In this document: positions 8,903 through 19,604 of the stretch, in pieces
Numbering within the stretch: position 1 is the stretch's first letter
How the letters are laid out: each line of letters opens with the position of its first letter
DNA from: Neolecta irregularis DAH-3
Lineage: Eukaryota
Assembly (NCBI GenBank): GCA_001929475.1
Contig: LXFE01000206.1
Coordinates: 50,369 to 70,368, forward strand
Reading direction: 5' to 3'
DNA length: 20,000 nt
Program-made: the position numbers and the translations under genes
The notes under the pieces: model-generated
Database searches by the model: none
Seen by the model: only the letters and a program-made list of their open reading frames with translations
What the model was told of the DNA's origin: nothing

Positions 8903-11104
8903 ATGCCATCCATGCCATCGCTCTTTCATCACCCTCAGCACCCGTTTACAGAGGATCATATGGCTGGTGTCGATCACTCCAAGTTTACAGACAAACTAGA
9001 AAATACCGCTCTGGACGAAAAATTGTCTGAACAGCGCCACTTATGGACGGAACCAATGGTGCGGCCAAAGCCTCTTGATCCGATATCTTCGCCACGAAGG
9101 GCCTTTTCAGCCCCATGTTCAACTAGTCTGGGAAAGTCACAGAGCGTCTTTTCATTTGGTATGCTTTCATTTCTTTAAAAAGAAATTAAATGCGCAGATG
9201 CTTTCCCTTTCACGCGTGCACAAAGTCCTTGTGTGCAATTAGTAAAACCACTACATCGAGCAAAGGATGAAGAATACCCTTTGTTTGGTGATCAAATGAA
9301 TCATTTGATGGATATTCTTGATGAAGATTTGAACTCAGAAACGCTTTTCTCTTCTTGCACTACTCCTGAAATTCACCAATCCTTCAATAGAAATCAAACA
9401 AATGGGCGGCAAAGGTCGCTAGTCTCGATATTTTCTGATGAAACCCCTTCAAAGACGACTGTAGAAACTTGCGAAAGCCTTTTACGAAAGTCTAAAAGTA
9501 TTACTCGTATGGAAAATAACCAAAGCTCTGAAGAAAACGCGGTCTGTTTATCACCCTTCGGATTGTCACACCCACCACGGTTTCGCTTTGCTAAGGCTAT
9601 TTTGCATGGACCCACACCCGCTTCTGCATCATCGTCGTTGGTGGTTCGTACGTGGTTCGAAAGTATTCAGCAACGGCTTCCGCCAATATTTGATCGACTG
9701 GGTCATACTGTCCTCTCAACTGGAACCCCACATTGCCTTATTGAGCTGCGAACTCTAAAGTGTTATGGTCTTGAGAAGTGGATCATCCCAACAAAGGAGC
9801 CCGAAGTTGTGGATGGGTTGGAAAGTCTCGGTCGTATACTGCTGGCTGTTTTACTTCCTAATGCTCCAACTCTTGGTGCTTCGAAGAATTACATTGATGC
9901 CAAAGTCGCAAAACTGATGATCGAATTCGTCGTCGTTGAGGACTTGTCTCTTCCAAATTTTGAAGGTCATCACGTTGGGTGTCTCCTTGGGAACTCAGCT
10001 TTCGCTAAATTTCGATGCGAAATCTCGTTTGTCCGACGTAGCTTCCGCATCGAGTCATGTAAAGTCGACGTTCCTTTTGCTCGCTCCCAGCCAGCTCGAA
10101 ACAATTTGCCTAAGAGAATCATTGAAAGTGTGACTCCGACAGAACTTCCTGAAGCCGAAGTGGTTCTTCTGAAAAGGCAACCAAAGCCCCCGATTGAAAC
10201 GGAGCCTCTGGAAGGCGATGCTGATGTTCATTCTTCCGATTTGTTCAATCCTGCAATTGATTTGGATGGGTCGGCCTGTATTGCTGATCAATCAATGGAA
10301 GCTACGCAATTTGAGGACAGCCACTCACTGAGTCCCAGCCCTGTCGAATATGATTCGAGCTGTTATCAGAATATTGGGTCAACAATGTCCAATCGCTCTG
10401 TAACCTCTCTAGAAGCAACGACTCGATGTACATCGCCAGAGTCTTTGCCTGACACATTAAATCGCGAATCGACTGTGATGTTGAAACCTTGCAAAGCCTC
10501 CTATTCATTACTGCCCACGTCCCAACCACAAAGGAAAGATCCTGAAAGACGCGTCACTTTTCAGCAGTCTTTGCAAGATAGCGATCTACTTGCGGATCCT
10601 CAAACTTCTTCGAAGTATCAATCTTGTAGATCAATTCCCGAAACTAAGCTGGTCAAATCTCTCAAATCGCCTGCATCAGTATACAAGCCCTTAAAGTCTA
10701 CAGCTACAATCTTTATTCCACGATCAACCAGTTCTTCCATTGCACATACTGAGACTCAACACAATTCCCAATCAACATCACCTCTCTCCGGCGCTACAAG
10801 TCCTTGGATAAAATCTGCCACTACAAGTAGAGAGAAATCACCAACAGTAGCTGAAGTTGTCGCCGGTAAATGTCGGCTTAAGTCTGCTGAAAACGAGGTC
10901 TCTCAACGAAGAGCAATGAAGGTTCTTAAATCTCATCGTTCAAAGAACCCTCTAGAAGTTGAACGACCAGACACGCAACAGCCTGAGCCAAAAATTACTG
11001 GGCCTGGGTTGAAGGGTTTGAAAAGTATGAACTCGTTGCCACGAAATGTCGGGGAATATAAACCGCGCTCAAAAAGCATTGCGGGGGCGTTTCATTGGAT
11101 CTAA
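8903..11104 (+). CDS. Uncharacterised fungal protein (~720 aa) with a central retropepsin-like pseudo-protease domain and a PAM2-like motif
   Basis: Exons 8903-9158 and 9198-11104 joined by a 39-nt GTATGC...CAG intron that restores the frame. Ordered core at ~9640-10085 flanked by Ser/Pro-rich low-complexity regions; C-terminus RRAMKVLKS...AGAFHWI. The CDS is well supported; the domain calls are inference. Confidence 0.8.
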
Positions 11105-11316
11105 ATTGATTTCCTTTCTTTACGCGCTGCAGAAATTGCTCTGCAATTTTGCAGGCCTGTTTTCTTCACTTTCCGGTTTGGAAATTTGAATTGGGAGAAA
11201 ATGGAAGATCTTGATGAGTGGGAAGTAGGAAGGGTGATTGTTCTTTTTCCATTTCATAGCCTATTCAAGAAATAAGACAGAAATCGATGGCTCGGTGGAT
11301 AAGCCTTTCAAAATAT

Positions 11317-12066
11317 TCATATCTTGGACCCCAAATACAATGCTTGCAGCGACTCTCGGGTAGCATCTTTGGTTTCTTTAACTAGCTTTACGACCTGTTT
11401 GAACTCTTGTATGTTTGCGTCGCCCATTAATTCGTACAACTACTTGTCAGTTGATTAAATCACAAAGACATGCGAAAGATTCACTGGTACTGATCTTTGC
11501 ACCTGCTTGTCTCATTCTTGCAATTGCGATAGGGATTTCCTCTCGATTACAGGAGCTTACTGCATCTGATATAACATAAACCTGATGTCCCCGTGCCAGT
11601 AGGTCCAGGGTTGTTTGCAACACGCAAACATGAGACTCAATGCCGGTTATTGCAACACTACTTTTGGGCTGTAATGCTCTCTACTATCATTGATATCAGG
11701 AATATGTGATAGTTACGAACTTCAAGCTCTGGAGTATGCATACTGAACAAGGTTTTATCGAGCTTGAGTTTTGCATTAGAAATATCGAGTTCGGAACAGA
11801 TTTCTCCCAATGCCTTGTTGTTTTGTGTGGTTACGTAAACAGGTACATTGAGGATTTTTGATGCCTGCAACATTTTAGATGCACTGGAATCGAATTAGAC
11901 ACTGACTGGAGCACAGATGTAAACACATTTTCAAGATATGATCGAACGCATAGATAGCGGGGCGGAACTTTTCTTGTTGATCACAAATAAAACTGTTTCA
12001 TGAGTTCAATGGTTTCCAAAAGAGATACAGCGCTGGTCGTGCGAGTCTCAATACCGTGGATGTCAT
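11317..12066 (-). CDS. Isochorismatase-domain protein (ISOC1/ISOC2-like cysteine hydrolase)
   Basis: Exons 12066-12029, 11992-11927, 11883-11721, 11680-11474, 11439-11317 (198 aa). Motifs FICDQQEKFRPAI, VYVTTQ, DKTLFSM, ITGIESHVCVLQTTLDLL, DAVSSCN and TSESFLYELMGDA. Confidence 0.93.
11440..11473 (-). other. GC-AG intron (34 nt) in the isochorismatase gene
   Basis: GCATGT...CTGACAAGTAG; removal joins SESF to LYELMGDA in frame. Confidence 0.85.
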
Positions 12067-12523
12067 TAATGTTTGACAAGTGTGGAGGCGCAATGTCCAA
12101 TTCCGTTCTTAACAGCCATTTGACCAACCATTAAGGTGTGATTGAGATTTATCTGTATATTATGAAGATAATTTATCACTTTAATTGGGCGATTTCTAGA
12201 TGTAGTAGTCAAGAGAATGATGAAAACTGTGTTATCGTCCCATTCCCTGTAGTTGAACTTATCGGCAGTCATTTGACCCCACCATGGAGCTTAATTTTGG
12301 ATATACATAGCGATCCATTGTTGGTCGAATTTCCTTTTCACGTTATATCAGAATATAACGATGGGATACTTTGTCAGAACCACTCACATCGTGTTCCAAA
12401 CAAAGAAAACAGCACAACTCTCAAACTCTCAATCACTCCAAACTCTATATTACACGTTCTACACTTTTCCCTATCAACCATAGCTTCTGTTCCGTTTCCA
12501 AAACCCTAGTTTCCAGATAGATT

Positions 12524-14465
12524 ATGTCCGGCAAGTTCGTCAGAGCTTCAAAATTCCGTAAAATAATTCTTATTCCTCACATTCTCGCTAAGCGTAAATA
12601 GGCCATGTATTCGCTCAACCAAGCAAACGAGTATCCCCAAAGGTTAATGCCTCCTATCTCACATTTCCCAGGAACAATGCTACGATAACGTCAAAATTAC
12701 AAGAAATGCCTGGGACTCAAACTTGATTCAAGTATCTTCCTGCCAAATATAGAGACCCAACAATTAAGTGCAACTCATCCTACCTTTCAATCAATTGGAA
12801 TATCAACAGCGGGGGATCATTCGGAGTAATCCCCCTGAACGAGACGGGAAAAATACCGGAGAGTATTCCTCTTTTTCAGGGTCATACTGCTCCTGTGTTG
12901 GATACCGATTGGTCGCCTTTTATGGATACATTGGTGGCATCAGGATCTGAGGATGCAAAGGTAATGCGAGCCCATTCTGTAGACTTAGCTATAGATTTTC
13001 CTTTGGCAAGTTCCAGATGACTTCACTATATTTGACAACGTGTTTGAAGAAGTAAGGCCCATGGCGAAGTTGACTGGGCATTCGCGGCATGACTATATAT
13101 TTCGTCATAATCTCATTTATTTTAGGAAAGTAGGATTCGTTCAGTTCCATCCCACTGCGAATAACGTCCTCGCAAGTGCATCAACAGATGGTGTCAAATT
13201 CTGGGATATCGAAAAGGGAGTTGATAATATCACACTTAAACACCAAGACATCATTCAGTCAATGTCATTTAACCGTAATGGGTCGCTCCTAGTTACGACC
13301 TGCCGCGATAAGATGATCAGAATATTCGATCCACGAGCACAGATTTCTCCAGTTCAAGAAGCTAAAGGCCACGAAGGAGCGAAAAACTCAAGAGTTGTAT
13401 GGTTGGGAGACTTGGACCGAATTGCGACGACGGGGTTTGGAAAATATAGCGGTCGACAACTTGGCTTATTTGATACTACTGCATTAGGAAAAGGACCGAT
13501 TAGCCATGATTTCATCGAATTAGATTCATCTTCAGGGATTACTATGCCTTTCTGGGATCCGGACACAAAGATTCTTTACCTGGCTGGAAAAGGGTGTGCT
13601 TACTAATTGTAAGAGACACATTAATGAAATATAGAGACGGAAACATCCGCTATTACGAACTGGATAACGACGAATTCTGCTACCTCGCAGACTACAAATC
13701 TACCGATCCTCAGAGAGGAATGGCTTTCATGCCAAAGAGATCGCTGGCGGTATCTTGGTTCAGCCATCAATGACTAACTTTAGATCCATGAAAACGAAAT
13801 CGCAAGAGCCTATAAATCCTCCAAAGATGTACTCATTGAACCAATCCGCTTCTATGTTCCGCGTAGGGTAACATTTGTATAACCTCGCGTAGATACTAAA
13901 AGTTAGTCTGAAACGTACCAAGACGATATTTATCCAGACACTCTCAGTGACGAGCCATCTTTGACGGCGGGTGAATGGTTTGCGGGGAAAACGGCCGATC
14001 CCATCCTTGTTTCTCTCGAACAGGTTTACGAGGATGGATTATCTGGAAGGCCTGCTGCTAAATCTGCCTGCTTCACTCCAAGCATTGTTGCTCAAATACC
14101 GCGACATAATTCCTTTGGCCAGCCAAGCAACGAGAAAGCTGCTCAGGCACAGGCGTCTAGCCCAGTGGAAATTACGGCAAATAAGGTCTCCCGTAACGAC
14201 AATGTCTCTGGGCCCGCTAATGTACAATATTGCTTTAAAAAGTTGTGAGTTGACTATACAGGAGCCATATGTGTCTGTTGATGTGCAGAAATTGACAGAA
14301 ATGATACGAAAACAGGAAGGTTCGATATCTGCTCATGCAAAAAAGATATCTTCACTAGAAGACCGGCTCGCAGATAAGGATGCGGCGATCAAGGATCTGA
14401 GGGTACAAGTTGCACAACTTGTCGAAGCATTTACAGAGCTTGAACGGGGTGGAGTAAATGTTTGA
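12524..14465 (+). CDS. CRN1: Coronin (WD40 actin-binding protein)
   Basis: Exons 12524-12557, 12602-12630, 12672-12731, 12769-12960, 12995-13086, 13126-13593, 13635-13749, 13784-13867, 13907-14221, 14262-14465 (530 aa). Motifs MSGKFVRASKFRHVF, GHTAPVLDTDWSPF, GHEGAKNSRVVW, LAGKGDGNIRYYE, VPRRSETYQDDIYP, plus a C-terminal coiled coil. Confidence 0.97.
13087..13125 (+). other. GC-AG intron (39 nt, in frame, no stop) in coronin
   Basis: GCATGA...TTTTAG; removal restores the conserved WD40 motif GHSRKVG. Confidence 0.85.
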
Positions 14466-14591
14466 TGGCTGATTTGATCAATTTCTTATTTCTGGTCCAC
14501 GTGACTACATTGTGAAGTTTTGTTATTGTTTACTTTAGCCTAACTTTGAACTTTGCCCATTTGACTGTCTTCCAACTACCTACTAGCTAAG

Positions 14592-16536
14592 ATGAATCCA
14601 TGGAACCGTAAGATCAAGACGTATGGCAAAGAAAAAAGAAGAGAGCGATCGCACTTTGCATGGGATTTTAGTTCTCCCAAGGAAAATAATGATAATGACA
14701 CCAGAAGCGCGAATACAATTATAACTAATAAAACGCCCGTGGATAATGCTTCATCGAAGATGGCGGTCCATCAGCATACAGTCGTCACTCCAAGTAAACA
14801 TGGGAAAAAGACCCTATTTATTAAAAAGACTGTTCGAGATATCATCACGTTCGATAAAGAGAATCCAGGGACGAATCGTCTGTCTGGAGTTTCCAGAAAG
14901 CGTCCAGCACTAACCACGAAACTATGTTCAACGGAGAATCTGCCCGTAAAGCGAGAGATGAAAAGAACGGGTTCTGAGATCAACGAAACCAAACAGGCGA
15001 ATATTTTATGCCCGTCACCTATTGAATCCCCCAAAGTTTCTGTTTCTTCACAGTCGCCCATATCTCGTGCCAAACGGGATTCTGACACAGAAGTCTCATC
15101 CACTCAGGAAGATATCCCGGAAACACCATCCTCATTATCGTCAAGGTCGGAAAGTCTACCCCTTTTGTCGTCAGCACCCGGTACACCTTTGAGAGCTGGA
15201 GTGGAAAAATCACAATGCTCGATAATAGAACCTTTATCTCTATCTACAGAACCTATAGCGGAAGATCTTGCAATTGACCTTGATGCCCTCCTCGCTTTCT
15301 CCCTCGATAAACAAGTTCACCGGTTTTCTGACTATGTCAACATATTCACAGAAAAGATCACCAAGCTTGGTGAAGCGTCGTACAGCGAAGTATTCCTTCT
15401 CCCCGCGACAAAGACTCGAGAGACACAGGTGCTGAAAATAATTCCTTTCGGGGACAACGAGCACAGTTGTAGGCTTGAGGATGTTCTCCAGGAAGTTAGA
15501 CTGTCGAAATGTATGAAGGATGTAGAGGGATTCATTAAATTCGATGGGTACATTGCTTTGAAATCGAATGAGCTTATTCATAGAATGTCCGTCGTTCAAG
15601 GGATGTATCCCGATTTGCTACTCAGAGCTTGGGACGAGTGGGTCAATGGTCATGAATCCTTTAATGAGAGGCCAGGTATACCTTTTTTCGAAATGATGTT
15701 GAGGCAGAGCCTTTTATATGCAAGATCAGATGTTTATCATAATTTTCCTCGAACACGGTGGACGAGACTTGGAAAACTTTAAAGTTCGGACTTGGGTCGA
15801 GGCTGCGAATATCTTCTGGTCGGTAGTTGAGATTTGTGCGCGCGGTGAGGAAGAACGAGAATTTGAGGCATGCTCTTCCAATGCACTTGAGTAATAATTT
15901 AGCATCGAGATTTACACTGGGGCAACATTTTGATCAAGGAAGGTAATGATTCTACAGAACAGCTTTTCGCAAATCTCGACTTGAACGAGAAGAAATCGAC
16001 AGATGCATCTAGGCAAGCAACGAATAGGAAACTAGTTATAACTTTGATCGACTACACACTCTCTAGGGCCCGATGTGATGACCATATCGGCTCGATAGCT
16101 TATCATCCCATGGCTGATCAAGGACTATTTAAAGCTCAAGGTTTCAGTACTCATTGACCAATGGTTGACAAGGGCAGGTGAATACCAATTCGACATTTAT
16201 CGTTTCATGAATGACCACGTTTCTCAATTTGCCTCTGATTCTAATCCATGGAAAAGCTTCATGCCAAAGACTACAATTTATTGGTTGCACTATCTTTCAG
16301 ACAAATTATTATTCAACAAGGGCTTATCGAGACCGATCAACCGTGTGACTGCTCGTTCGAAAAGAAAGGTTTCCAGCCAAGAAGACCGGGAAGCATACGA
16401 TATCCTGCAGACTGTCTATACATCGATTGACCCAAAAAAGAAGAAATTTAATCGTGATGGGGAAGAAAAGTTTATCGATGCACGAAGCCTGTTTAAATGG
16501 GGGAGGGACTGCAAATTCTTTATTCAAGAGTTGTAG
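14592..16536 (+). CDS. Haspin-family protein kinase (histone H3-T3 kinase; Hrk1/Alk-like)
   Basis: Exons 14592-15547, 15584-15675, 15710-15867, 15903-16140, 16178-16536 (600 aa). Motifs KLGEASYSEVF, VLKIIPF, FEHRDLHWGNIL, the haspin-specific IDYTLSR (DYT in place of DFG), GEYQFDIYRFM and YWLHYL; long disordered N-terminus. Confidence 0.95.
15868..15902 (+). other. GC-AG intron (35 nt) splitting the haspin catalytic loop
   Basis: GCATGC...TAATTTAG; removal gives FE|HRDLHWGN. Confidence 0.88.
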
Positions 16537-16653
16537 TTTATATATTATGGGGACAGGGATTAGATGCATCAAAATTTGTTTATTGAAATGACATCTCCAA
16601 AGTGATGTCCTGTATTATGGTATGCCCTGTGAACGCCCTGTAGTTGAAAAAGC

Positions 16654-17470
16654 TCAAAAGATGAATGGAATCCGAGTAGGAACCGTTGTCCTGAATCGGA
16701 TGTATTCATCCCCGAAAAACGTGACGAGATATTCCTCTTCGCCTACCTTTGGTCAGCGTCTAGTTGATAAACACCGGATCTTTCACGTTGTATCCTTTCG
16801 TTAAAGAATCTCCAAAGCACAATAATAAATATCACTGTTGAAATAGGATTCAAGAGAAATATTTGGGTTCCGACGCCCCACCAGAAAAATCCAAAGTAAG
16901 AAGGATGTCTGGAGAATTTGTAGACCCCAGTCGTAACCAATTCGTGATCTCTTGCCTTTTGAAAGGCTAGCCGATGAGAAAAGTTATGACCTGCGTGGAC
17001 CATCGCCAGTGTTCGAAAGGACTGACCAATTAAAACTGCTCCGAGACCTCGTTGTTAGCAAGGGTAAAGGGAATATTGTACCCAGAATTGACAATATGGT
17101 GTTTGATTTTATCCAGGGGGTGAATCTGGCTTCAAGTATAGCTTCAGCTACTGAGACAAGTTGAGCAGTGTTATATGCGTTTCCATTGTTGAGCAGAAAC
17201 GCTAATTATCAATTCCTTTCGAAAAAGAAACGGACAATCAGAGGAAGCCTTTAGCGGGTTATATTTCGCAGTGACCCAATACTCTAGAAAATGAAACGTT
17301 GATAAAGCAAAAATGAAGAGCGGCAGTTGAATGAATCCTGTTTTTCCGAGGAACCAAGCAAGACATGATGAGATTCCAGCTACAAGTCCCAGAGAAGCCG
17401 CAATAATGGCAATATGGGCTGCATCAGACGCCACTCGGTCAGGCTGAGTTGATTTGGTGTTCAAGCTCAT
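16654..17470 (-). CDS. STE14: Protein-S-isoprenylcysteine O-methyltransferase (ICMT; Ste14/Mam4)
   Basis: Exons 17470-17236, 17201-17082, 17047-16787, 16742-16654 (234 aa). Motifs FHFLEYWVTAKYNP, SFLLNNG, AGHNFSH, HELVTTGVYKFSRHPSYFGFFWW, RIQREEEYLVTFFGDEY and PTRIPFI. Confidence 0.96.
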
Positions 17471-17591
17471 GGTGCGTTTCTGGGCGAATCAGGGAATCCG
17501 CGATAGATGGTGGCTTTGAAAATTCTTGGATGAGACTTTGGTGTTTGGGCTATGAATGGTAAAGTGTCACGCTGAACCAGATGCCAGATCT

Positions 17592-17615
17592 GGGAGGGGA
17601 CGGGCGGGAGGAGGG
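17592..17615 (+). other. Putative G-quadruplex-forming motif upstream of STE14
   Basis: GGGAGGGGACGGGCGGG(AGGAGGG): four G3+ runs with 1-2 nt loops. Confidence 0.55.
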
Positions 17616-17714
17616 CCATGTGCAAGAGTATATTTGCGCTAGTTGAAATATCGGAACACGGGTTGAAACCGATAGCGGTGAACGATGAAATTGAGACTGA
17701 TAAAACCAGTCTTA

Positions 17715-19579
17715 TCAAGACGAGATATATTTCCTGATATTCTGTAGGCAATCATCGCTAATGTTCGTTTGATCAAGGACATCATTTCCCAAGGCAACAA
17801 GATCATTTTTCAAGCTTTTTTCAAGAATTTTTGAATGACGAGGTAATTTTTCCCAAATCTTGAAAGATAGAAGAACAAGATTGTGTTTTAATTGAAACTG
17901 GGGGTTTTGCGCATACTGCCCGACCACGAAACGAGCAGCGCTAATCCATTCATCTCTAGAAATATCGCCTTGTTCAACGATCAGGGATAGAATGCGAACT
18001 TGGCATTCCGCTAGATCCAGGCTATCCGCGTTAGAAACTAGCGATTTCTCCAAATCATTCCAAATGACATTCCACCCATTTTCTTTTAAAAATATTTCTC
18101 GGCCGTTCTTGGCCATTATGAGGCCCTCGATACCACTGCATACCCATCCACGATAATCGATACCTTGATCAAGACCCTCATTAAACACATCCAAGAGTAT
18201 ATCCATAATCCCCAAAGCTTGACTCCGCAATCCCTCATCTTCTCTCAGCCAATAGGTTAAACTTCGAATCGAAGAAATGGTAACGACGTCTCGAATTATT
18301 CCCGACGGGGTATCCCATTCGATTTGTACTGACTCTGTGTCCAAGCTAGCGGCTCGTCGAGCTGCGTCCCATCTATCTCGGAGAAACTCGATTGTATCGC
18401 CAAACGCGTTATTTAAATTTTCCCCGAGTTTGACAAGACTATCTGGGTCGAAAAAGTCAATGTCCATTTCGTCGTCGGTGAGATATTGTATTGCAGAGGT
18501 CAAGATATCGTAGTCTGCAGCTAGACGATTCGCGAGTGTGGGGTATTGTGAAAGACGATTTGACAGAGATGGTAAAGTTGATCTGATATTTACTGTGGAG
18601 AGGGATACAGTGAGTAGAGCAAATTTCTTATGCTCGGGCGTTACAGGCGACTTGAATAGAAACAAGGGACCCTGTTGGCGAAGGATGATAGAAATGATGG
18701 AGGAGAGGTGTGAGCGCGTATTTCCGTCTAATCCATCAGCAACCTGCCATTGAATAAAACTACCTGGGTGGTGTAAAGTGATTTGGGCAAGAGTAGTGTA
18801 TAAAGAGTCGGTCCATTGAGAAGCACTATACATCCATAACTAATAATCAGCAATATTCGAGTAGAAATAACCTCGGCATCGATACGATTCAAGATATCTG
18901 CAAGAAATTCAAGAATCAGGGTACTGGGATTTACTTGGAGACATTTTTCGATTATGTATCCGAGTTTTCCCTTTAGCCGGTCGGCGTATTCTGGGATCGT
19001 TGAGCTGTTCAGGATAATGTAGGTCATAGTCTGCAAGCCGGTACTCGGCTCATCTAATCGGTCAACACCCGCTAGAATACCGCTCTGTAATATATTATCC
19101 CAAAACCTTTCCAAACGATCGTGTTGAAAGTAAACGGGCACTGCTTCGGGTGAAGTAGCCCCTCGAACCAGAATTTCCAAAACAGTTGACCTGATCTTTC
19201 GTTAGTGTCTGCGATTCTATAAAATACTTGTTCTTTATGCAATAGGTCTAGCAATTTTGGTATACGTTCAGACAATTGTTTACTAGTTGCGATTTTCTCA
19301 AAGCCAGCAAACGAAAAGAGGATATTTACAGCGATTTGTACAAGGTCGTCGGAATTTTGTTCGTCATTATATTTTTGGTCTTTGGTCAGATGGGCGGGAG
19401 CGGTAGATACCGCAAGATAAAAGTTTGTCGATAAATGCAAAATCAAGGTTATCCCAGCATTCCCAAGTAAGTGAAGGATTACGAGTAAGAAGAGTGGGTA
19501 AAATGGCCAGAGCTACAAATTTGCTGGTATGGTCGGGCTTGTTCATTAAAGCAATACATTTCTGGAGGTCTGGGTTCAT
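17715..19579 (-). CDS. Neurochondrin-family (DUF1941-like) ARM-repeat protein
   Basis: Exons 19579-19411, 19379-19228, 19195-18872, 18839-17715 (589 aa); introns of 31, 32 and 32 nt. N-terminal KPDHTSKFVALAILPTLL...CWDNLDFAFIDKLL and internal DTIEFLRDRWD and SIRSLTYWLREDE match my recollection of fungal neurochondrin motifs. Confidence 0.82.
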
Positions 19580-19604
19580 GGGAAGGATCGAACCACACGA
19601 CAAC

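Noticed and set aside
12138-12509. 123-aa GTG-start ORF, with ATGATGA and AATTTTGG (Sm-like) motifs
   Set aside because: It lies in the isochorismatase/coronin divergent promoter, the peptide does not look protein-like, and there is no matching box D or recognisable snRNA sequence.
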